Assembly (NCBI GenBank): GCA_052055015.1
Contig: JBQJIT010000014.1
Direction: 5' to 3' (one strand)
DNA: 64,000 nt
Source: Malassezia furfur
Taxonomy: Eukaryota
Numbering within the stretch: the stretch's first letter is position 1; each line of letters opens with the position of its first letter. A program made the translations under genes and the position numbers. The notes beneath the pieces are model-generated. The model was given only the letters and a program-made list of their open reading frames with translations. It made no database searches and was not told the DNA's origin. Positions 55,302 to 64,000 of the stretch are shown piece after piece.

Positions 55302-56674
55302 CTAGGCTACGGCCATACGCAGCTCGGCAAGCACCGCGTCCCAGAACAGCATCGCGTCGGGCACAAGGCCCACGTTAAACACAGTGTGTGGCGCAGGCGA
55401 CTCCTGGCCCAGCGTGATCTCCGCCAGGGGGATATCGCCAAGCTGGGGGTGCACCTGCGACGACCACAGCCGCCCGTTGGTGCCACGCACCGTGTCGCGG
55501 CCGTCGAGGTAGAGCGACGCGGTGCGCGCGTTGTTGAGCTGTGCCACGCGGTTGGCGTACACAAACGGACGGTCGTTCGAGTCGTCGGTCGGCTTGAACG
55601 ACGCACGCAGGCTCTCGAGCAGTGCACGCACCGAGCCGTGTGCGTCCGGCGCCGGGAGCGGCAGGCTGCGCCACGCAACGCGCGCGTTGCCGACCGTCTT
55701 TTGCAGCGACGTAATCATGTCAACGGTGCGCGCGCGCCAGTTTTTAATGCGCTGCTCCGTGAGGTCCTGCGAGGTAACGAGGCCCATCTGCGCGTCCTCC
55801 ATGGCCCACGTCGCCAGGTCCCACAGGCCCGACGAAAACACGGCAAGGTCCACGCCGTTGCGGCGGAGAGGCAGCGAAGCGACAGAGCGGGGCGCCTTGA
55901 GCGACTGCAGGTAAACGCTCAGCAGCTCCTCCATGCGCGCCTCGAAGCGTTGCGGGGGGTAGTACGTCGGCTGCTTGTGCCAGACATTGGATGTCTCAGT
56001 ACCGTAGTGGTAGAACGAGGTGAAAAGCGCGTCAAACTGGTCGATGTAGCAGTAGTCGGCCAGCAGCGTGTCTCCCGGCGGCGTCTCGCTGTCGACATTC
56101 TTGAGCGCACCGCCGAATGCGTGGTCGGCCGTGACGCTGACGCTCGAGGTGCCGAGCATCGTGCACAGGTTCTGCACCATAGCACGGTCCAAGGCGTCAC
56201 CGACGAGCAGCACCGTGCGGTTCTGCAGCACACGCTCTAGCTCCTGCCGGTCCTGCGCCGACATGGTCACAGGGCGGTTCGTGGCCACTGGACCCGCACT
56301 CGCAGTAGGCACGGCGGTGAGTAGGTGCGCAAACAAACGCGGGGATTCGCACGACTCGTCAAACGACTTCCACACGGGGTAAGGATCGTGCGCGACGTAG
56401 CCCGGCTTCGTAAACGAGCTGCAGGCGCCGCTGCGTGCGACACGCGACGCCATCGAGTTCGGCACCGAGCTGTGGGGTAAGCACATGGCGAAACAACCTA
56501 CCCAGGTACCCCACCCAGCGAAGCAAGCATGGAGATCACGAAAAACACCAAGGACAAAACTGCGTCAGATCAGTACAACCTACCCGTCAGAATATTACCC
56601 AGGCGCTGCACCTGGGAGTCGCCACGCGCAGCGCGCGAGCCACCCGTCAAGGGTCGATGCCCAGCGTCAGACAT
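55302..56674 (-). CDS. Type II membrane protein with SGNH/PC-esterase-like (Cap64/Cas3-like) domain
   Basis: Spliced N-terminal TM anchor ILTVLSLVFFVISMLASL (introns at 56560-56583 and 56470-56501). Segments LQNRTVLLVGDALDR and DLAVFSSGLWDL. Confidence 0.65.
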
Positions 56675-56722
56675 GGTCTATGAAGGCTAGGGAAGAGCGC
56701 GGCGCCGAGCCCCACGTGGCTT

Positions 56723-57562
56723 TTACGCTACGGGGCACCCCGGCCGTGATGGCGCGTGCGCCGCGGCGGCGTCCTCGGCCATTTTTTGGGCAAGCACGAG
56801 TTGCTCAGACTCGGACAGCAGGCCGCGCGCATGCCGCGCCTGCATCGCGCGGATGGCCGAGCGGCGCTCTTCGGCGGCGCGGCGCTGAGTGGCGCGCGAG
56901 GCCCGTGCAGCGGGCGGCGCAGCCGATGGCGGCGGCGACGGCGCGTCCAGGGGGGGCGCACTGGCGCCTGAGGGTATCGATACGGCCGCCAGCTTTGCGC
57001 GGCCGGCGTTCCCCGCGGCATGGATCTTGTCTCGGAGGCTAGGAAGGGCGCCGCGCGGTGCGTCGGTGCGACCGCGCACGGATGGGGTCGATGCGCATGC
57101 GGCACAGTCATGCTGCTGCTGCGCGCGGTGCTTGGTGCAAAACCGCGCGTGGCATTGGGGGCACTCGATCGCGACATGGAGCACCGTAGTACACGTAGGG
57201 GCGGCACACTGGCGTGTCGCGGGCCGTACGGCCTGCTCGCCATCTTCGGCGAGTACAACCTTACATCCACCAAGGGCAACGGACGGCGCAGCCCAGTGCC
57301 GCTGGAGCTGGCGCTGCGTCTCCTGGGGCGATGCGCCGCGCACCCAGCCGCGGGGCGGCTCGCGACAAAGAGGGCACAGCGGCGCGAAAAATTCCCGCAC
57401 GCCTTGCGGGCACGCGTGTGCGTCAGGCGTGGCGTGGTCGGCGCAGAATTTGTGCTGGCATGCCTGGCACATCAGCGGGAGGAACTCTTCGCGCCGGCAC
57501 GCGAAACAGGGCGCGCCGATGAGGAGCATCGGCCCCGTGTCGCGCTCGGCGCGCGAGGCCAT
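56723..57562 (-). CDS. AN1-type zinc finger protein (Cuz1/ZFAND2-like)
   Basis: Two AN1 fingers, IGAPCFACRREEFLPLMCQACQHKFCADH...HAC and CPQCHARFCTKHR...HDC. The protein ends CPVA. Confidence 0.85.
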   Translation of the reverse strand: MASRAERDTGPMLLIGAPCFACRREEFLPLMCQACQHKFCADHATPDAHACPQGVREFFAPLCPLCREPPRGWVRGASPQETQRQLQRHWAAPSVALGGCKVVLAEDGEQAVRPATRQCAAPTCTTVLHVAIECPQCHARFCTKHRAQQQHDCAACASTPSVRGRTDAPRGALPSLRDKIHAAGNAGRAKLAAVSIPSGASAPPLDAPSPPPSAAPPAARASRATQRRAAEERRSAIRAMQARHARGLLSESEQLVLAQKMAEDAAAAHAPSRPGCPVA

Positions 57563-57679
57563 GGCGTACCTGTTCGCCTGGGAAGTATGCGAATTTTTGC
57601 TGGGGCGTGCGGGCGCCGGGAGCCAGTCACACAGGTCGGCGCAGCGCCGTGCGCCCTTTAACTTTCTGCCAAGCCTGTC

Positions 57680-59880
57680 ATGGTCGGCGGATCCTCGGGC
57701 CCGTCGTGTGAGGTGCTTTTGCACCTCACGAGCGAAATCGTGTGGACATGTCCACCGACGGCCACGAATGTGCCCACACAGGACAAGATGCTGGATGGTG
57801 TCGTGGAGATCGAGTGCCCCGTACGTGTGTTGTCTGACCGCAGAGCGACCGGATGGTCCACGGTGTGCAGATCCATCTGCGCGGCACGCAGATCGTGGGG
57901 ATCCCGCCAGATACGCCGAGTACGAGCAGCAAGGAGCGCGGCCAGCTGCGGTGGGAAGAGCATGTGGTGCTCGATCGCACGCTCCGCTACCAGATACCCG
58001 GGAAGGACGGGCACACAGTGCACGACCATCCCACGCGCGCGCGCTCGCTCAAGGACCGTGTGCGCGACAAGACGCACGCGAGCGAAACTGAGGCCGGCAG
58101 CGGCGCGAGCTCCATGTTCCTCGAGCGCGGCTTCCACGACTTTGAGTTCCACTTTATCATCCCCGCGTGGGCAGCGCCGTACGAGCGGTGCCGGTATGGG
58201 CGCACGCGCTACCTGATCACAGCGAGTGTGCCGGGCGCCGGACGCAACGGCTCTACCGTGGTCGCGCAGCGCGAGGTATTTGTCGTGCAGCAGCACACGA
58301 CCGACGGCGGGCCGCTCCCGGTCGAGATGCACTTCCACGACATGCACGACGCGCTGGGCCTGATCTCGATCGGCCTGACGAGCGCCTCGATCACGGTCGG
58401 CGGCATTGCGGCGCTGGCGGTCGTGCACCCCAAGCCGCCGCCGAACGTCAACGTGCACATGGTGCGTGTGTTTATCGAGCAGCGCTACGAGATCTACAAT
58501 CACCGCACGCAATCCAACGTCTCCCCGCCGCCCGAGAAACTCAAGGTGTGGGAGGTGGGGAGCCTGCCGCGCCTCGGCACCAACGCGGGCGCCGTCACCA
58601 CGCCGGCGCTGTGGGCGCAGGGCGTGCTGAGCGCCGCGGGCGTCCAGCCAGGGCGGCGCCTGGGCAATGCGGCGATGCACGTCTACCCCACCGTCCAGCC
58701 GCTCGCCGAGTCGCTGCAGGTGGATGAGCGGCCGCTGAGCGAGATCCCCGATGCGGGGCGGTATGGCTACCGGATCAAGTCGGTGGTGCGCCTGCCGGAC
58801 GACAACCGCCTGCGGCCGACCACGGCGCGCGGCACACGCACCGACATCCGCATCTCGCACGAGATGGGCGTCGAGGTGCTCTTCTCGCGCACCGACGTGC
58901 TCGACCAGCGGCCGGATAGCGACTTGTACGGCCAGCCCAAGGTGCAGGTGTTCTCCGTGGCCAAGGCGGTGACGATCCCGTCGTGTGCATTCACCTTTGA
59001 CGCCATCCACCTCCCGCCATACTCGCAAGAGTCGCCGGCCATCTCTCGGCCGCCATCGCCGCTGCAGCACGGGCGGCGTTCCGAGACGTTTACGCCGCTC
59101 ACCACGCTCACCGGCACCGCAACGCGCACGCCGCCGAGCGGGAGCGGCGGCAGCAGCGCACGCACGCCGCCCCCGATGACCGGCGGTGCGCTGTCCACCG
59201 AGCCGGACTGGAACCGGTTCTTGCACTCGCTCACCAACTCGCTGTCCGCGACCAAGATCCGCTCGCACGGCTCGTCGCGTGCCGCGAGTCGCGACACGTC
59301 GCCGACACGCTTCGGCTTCGGACGCTCCCGGCCATCGTCGCGTACATCGTCGCGCCCCGCCTCGCGCCCATCCTCGCCGCCCCCAGCGCACCACGAGGGG
59401 AGCGGCACATCGACCCCCGTCGTCGCCGTACACCGCCCGAACGACACGAGGCCCCGCTCGCGCTCCGGCACGGTGATGTCGGGCGACCGCTCTGCGCCGC
59501 GCAACCTCCCAGCGGGCACGCCGTGGGCCGTGTCGAATCTGCCGCCGCGTGTCGGCGAGAGCCACGACATGTGCAACTGCGGCGAGACCACCGAGCACCT
59601 TGTCGAGGCCGAGGAGCGCTTCCTCGAGGGTGCACCGACCGCGCCAGGTGCGTGGGTCGACACGGTGCCACAGGGCGCGCGGCTCCCGCCGTGGACGCCG
59701 TCGTCGCGCCCCACGAGCCCGACACAGGAGTGGCTCGCGTCCTATGCCCAAAATTCCGCACCCACGCCGCCGCCCGTCAAGCGCGACTCGCGGCGCGGCG
59801 CGCCGACGGCGCTCACCAGTATGAACCCCACCACGAGCCCCGCGGCGACGACCGAGACGACGCCATACATGGGCAGTTGA
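57680..59880 (+). CDS. Alpha-arrestin-like protein
   Basis: Arrestin-N-like LERGFHDFEFHFIIP...PYERCRYGRTRYLITA, an LPPY motif and a Ser-rich tail. 23-nt intron at 57821-57843. Confidence 0.75.
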
Positions 59881-59895
59881 TTTGCGCTACAGAAC

Positions 59896-62800
59896 CTAAA
59901 AGTAGAGACTCGCAGCAAACACAATATCTCGGCGGATCAGCTGCTGGCACGTCTCCATCTTTTGGAGCAGATCCATGTCGCCAATCACGCGCGAGGCGTC
60001 GCGCAGCTCGCGGAACGTCTCGTCGAGGCGCGTGATGCACCGCACGATGGTGCCCTCGCCGATGTCGGTGAGCTGCATGATCTCCTGGAAGTTGGTGCCG
60101 CGCGCCCACTCGTACACGACGTGCACGAGCCCCGTCTTGAGCGCAGACGCGTCCTCCTCGGTGCTGATTTGGTGCGCGATCTGCACCGTCGACACGCGCT
60201 CGGCCACCTGCACAATGCGCTGGTAGCCCTCCTGGAGTCGCGGCGCAAGCGGCGCCTCGGTGGCCGACTTCTCCTTGAAGTGGAACACGGTGAGCAGCGC
60301 GGCGATCTCCGCGGGCTCGTACTCCATAAACATGTTGTCCAGCACCAGCTCGGTGAGCACCAGCTCGTTGGCGCTGCGCATCTCGCACGCGACGCGGCCC
60401 TTGAGCAGCACCGTCTCCGACTCTGGGTCGATGAACCGCAACGCCTTGAGCACCTCCACACGCTGGTAGTAGTCGGGGAGCAGCTCGAGGTTCTGGTCGG
60501 AGAGCGAGGCGGCGATGCGTGCGGTTTGCTGCTGGAGCTGCCGGTACTTGTGCATCATCTGATAGTCGCGCAGGAACGTCGGCTCACGCTGCGCGGCCTG
60601 TAGCGGGACCAGCTCGCGCAGCGCGAGGTCGCGCGCGCTCTTGGCCTCCTGGAAGTCGAGGCGCCGCAGGCGCGTCCAGTCCACCTCGAGCGACAGTACC
60701 GACACCGGTGCCTCGTCGCCCGACTGCTCCAGCAGCGTCGCGAGCGCGTTCATCGCGGGGCGCAGCTGCTCCAGGGCGCGCCGCATCGCCGACGGCCGCC
60801 GCGTCTCGATCGCCGGTACAGGGATCGACTCGCAGAAGGAGGTCACAAACGCGACGCTCGCAAGCGGCACCTCGCGGATCGCCGGCAGGATGTCGGTCGC
60901 ACGCAGCATCGGCGCGACGGGTGCCGAGAGCCACGCGGGCGTCACCGCATCTGCGCGCAGCGTGCGAGCCGTCTTTTGCTCGGGGGTCAGCGCGGCAAGC
61001 ACGAGGTAGTGTTCGCCCGTGACCGGGCGCACAATGAATGCGGGCGTAAAGTCAAAGAAGCCGTCACGTAGCAGTACGACACGCCCGGAGCCGAGGCACT
61101 TGCTCCCCTGCGGGTGGTTGTACGCGAGGCCGAGCAGTGTCTGATTGGACTGCACGGCGGTGCGCGACGCGTCGTAGAAGCGCTCGAGCGTCGCGCGCGG
61201 CAGCGTGCACGACTTGAGATCCTGCTCGAGCTCGGCGATGCGCCCCTCGAACTGGCGCAGCTTATCCTGCTGCTGCGGCAGCAGGCGTTGCGTTGCGTTC
61301 TCCGAAAAGGAGCGCTTGATCATCTCCTCGACCTTGAGCGCCTCGACGCGCAGCAGATTGAGCACCATCGAATAGGTGATGCGGAACTGCGACTGGAGCT
61401 TGCGCGACTGCCCAAGAATCATCTTGTTGAGGCCGTTCACGTCGGGCAGGTCGTCCGAGTGCATCAGGATCACCACACCGGTCGCGTCGAGGCCACGGCG
61501 GCCCGCGCGGCCCGACATCTGCGTGTATTCACCGGAGAGCAGGTTGCGGAAGCCCGTGCCGTCGTTCTTGCGCGTGCTCGCAAACACCACCGAGCGCGCC
61601 GGCATGTTGACGCCCATCGCAAACGTCTCGGTGGCAAACAGCACCTTGACCAGGCCGCGCTGGAACAGGATCTCGACGAGCTCCTTGAGGATGGGCAGTA
61701 GACCGCTGTGGTGCACACCGATCCCGCGGCTCAGCAGGTCGCGCATGCGCAGGATCTGTGGCAGCTCGCGGTCCGCGTCCTTGAGCCGCATCAGGCTGCG
61801 CTCCACCACGACGTGCACCTCGCTCTTCTCCTTTGCGGTGGACAGGTCCGTGCTCGAGAGGCTGTCGGCGTACTCCTCGCACTTGCGCTTCGAGAACACA
61901 AACACCACGACAGGCAGCAGCTGCTTCTTCTTCAGCAGGCCCACGAGGTGCACAAACGCCGAGCGGTCGACGCCCATGCGCCGCGGCGCACCAACGGCAC
62001 CGCCGCCACGTCCACCGCCGCGCGCGCCACCGCCACCGCCACGTCCGCGCGCCGGCGGTTTGCCGCGCTGGCCGCCAGCCTCGCGTTCGCGCACCTGCTT
62101 CGGCTTGGCGGCCTCCATGGCGTCGTGCGCGCCGTTTGACAGGAAGCGGCCGTTGGCATCGACAATCTTGTACAGCTGCTTGCCGGCGTACACAAAGTGC
62201 TCGAGCGGCACGGGGCGTTTCTGTGTCGAGATGACATACACGTCCTTCTTCTTCGTCCGGCCGACCCACCCGGCGAACTCGCGCGTGTTGGGCACCGTCG
62301 CCGAGAGCAGGATGATGGTGATGTGCGCGGGCAGCAGGATGATCACCTCTTCCCACACCACGCCGCGCTCCTGGTCGTTGACATAGTGCACCTCATCAAA
62401 GATGACAAACTCCACGTCCCGGATCAGGTCGGCGCCGCGGTACAGCATGCTCCGCAGGATCTCGGTGGTCATGATCAGGCACGGCGCCTCGGGGTTGATC
62501 TGCACGTCGCCCGTAAGGATACCGACGTTCTCCGCGCCGAAGGTCTTTTTAAACTCGCGGAACTTTTGGTTGGAAAGCGCCTTGATGGGCGAGGTGTAGA
62601 TGCAGCGCGTCATGTGCTTCATCGCGAGCGCAATCGCGTACTCGGCCACCACCGTCTTGCCTGCAGACGTGTGCGCGGCGACAAACACCGACTCGCTGCG
62701 CTCCAAGTGGTACACAGCCTGCTTCTGGAACGTGTCCAGCTCAAAGGGAAACTCGTGCGCCATGTCGGGCACCAGCTCGTGGAAGTTGGGCATCTCCTTG

Positions 62801-63589
62801 TGCGTGTTCACCATGCGCGCCCACTGCCGCTTCTCCTCGGGCGGTGCCTCTTCCACGCCGTGGAACATGCGTGGAATGGACTCCACCGGCAGCATTTCGT
62901 CGACGAGCGCATCGTCGTTGCGGGGCGCCGGCGCCTCGTCAGGCATGCGGTACAGTCCGTCGGCATCAGCCGTGATTACCGTGCGCTCCGGCGCCGTAAT
63001 TGCCGGCAGCCGCGCAGCCCACTCGGGCACCGCATCGCCGTGCACCGCCTCGGTGTCCAGGCCGCGCGTAAAGCCCGGCGGCACACGGCGCAGCGCTTCG
63101 CCCGTCGCGCCGCCGGAGGCCGTGTCCTCCTCGACCGCATCCTCCTCGAGGCCACCGGGACGGAATGGCGCAGCACCCGACTTGCCACGTACGAACGTGT
63201 GCGCGGGATTGATGGGACGCTGCATCGACATGTTGGGCGTTGCACCTTGGCTCAGTTCCTGCAGCGCTGCGGCGGTCGGCACCTCGCGGTAGCCTACCAC
63301 GGCGCCGTGCAGGCCGCTGCGCACAAATTCAAGCGTTGCAGTGCTCGGCGAGGGGTCCATCGCCAGCATCGTGTCGTAGCGCGGCTCGCGCGTCCAGTGC
63401 CTGGGTAAGTGCGCATACGACGTACGCTTGGTCCTGCACCATCCACGCATGCTCCGGCTCCCACTTGGGCGTCAGCAGTGTGTCTGCAATCTGTGCGCGA
63501 CATTTTTCGGCGTCCGGACCGCCAGGTCGCAGCGCAAGGTCGCGCAGCAGGGTATCCAGCGACGGCGCCTCGTCCAGTGCCGTGCCCAT
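59896..63589 (-). CDS. SKI2: Ski2 RNA helicase (cytoplasmic exosome cofactor)
   Basis: Motifs FPFELDTFQKQA, AHTSAGKTVVAEYAI, DEVHYVND, QMSGRAGRRG and the C-terminus RRDIVFAASLYF. 25-nt intron at 63401-63425. Confidence 0.96.
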
Positions 63590-63666
63590 GGTCAAACGTC
63601 TGGAAGAAGTGGAGGGAACAAGGGGGCGACCCCACGTCTACTAACGCTACACACGCCGGGGTATCC

Positions 63667-64000
63667 TTAGAAGCCTGCGTCAGCCATCAACACGCACAGC
63701 AGTCGCAGTCAAACGGACATAGCGGAGTGCCTGTGTCAGTAAGCCGGCGACGTACCTCCGCCTTGGTTCAATTTCAGCTCGTCCTCCGTAAAAATGCGGA
63801 AACCTTCTTCGGTGCGTTTGCCTGCATAAGTAGTGCCACGTACGGTCCTTGCCGCGCGAGTCTGCGAAGGACGCATCCTCGTCATCGAGTTTTGCGGGCC
63901 GCGGCTGCGACGGCGCGCTGCGCGTCTGGTTCGACGTGTCGTGCACGACGGTAGGCGCACGCGTCTTGGGTTTTGTGGGCACCGCAGCGCTGCCCTTTGC
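63667..64000 (-). CDS. DUF1764-family protein (5' end outside window)
   Basis: Spliced C-terminus FADSRGKDRKRTEEGFRIFTEDELKLNQGGGTPLCPFDCDCCF. Introns at 63822-63843, 63731-63755 and 63675-63697. Confidence 0.85.

Noticed and set aside
1..64000. Pheromone precursor/receptor genes, transposons, CRISPR arrays, rRNA
   Set aside because: No STE3-like receptor, convincing short CaaX pheromone ORF, transposase/RT, terminal repeats or spaced repeat arrays were seen by eye.

Overview
Gene-dense, GC-rich fungal chromosome segment, most consistent with a Malassezia-like basidiomycete yeast (Ustilaginomycotina; inferred from gene content, compaction and intron style). About 30 protein-coding genes and one tRNA gene are separated by gaps that are often under 100 bp. 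Nearly all introns I could place (about 38) are 21-26 nt long, with a GTACGT-type donor and a branch point fused to the acceptor (CTNAYNCAG). Main features: (1) the homeodomain mating-type locus (divergent bE/HD1 and bW/HD2) next to a C1D/LRP1 gene, with pheromone-response-element-like sites between the two genes; (2) a divergent L-ornithine N5-monooxygenase / hydroxyornithine acyltransferase siderophore pair with no assembling synthetase in the window; (3) a tandem PTM1/TMEM87-like duplication plus a low-GC possible third relic; (4) an intron-containing tRNA with a UAG (Leu) anticodon that lacks the long variable arm. Housekeeping genes include RPB2, CWC25, a DHX29/57-like helicase, IES1, aprataxin, SEC3, RAV1, mitochondrial AAT, Pol X, RRP5, SLA2 and SKI2. 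Gene models were spliced by hand and no database searches were run.
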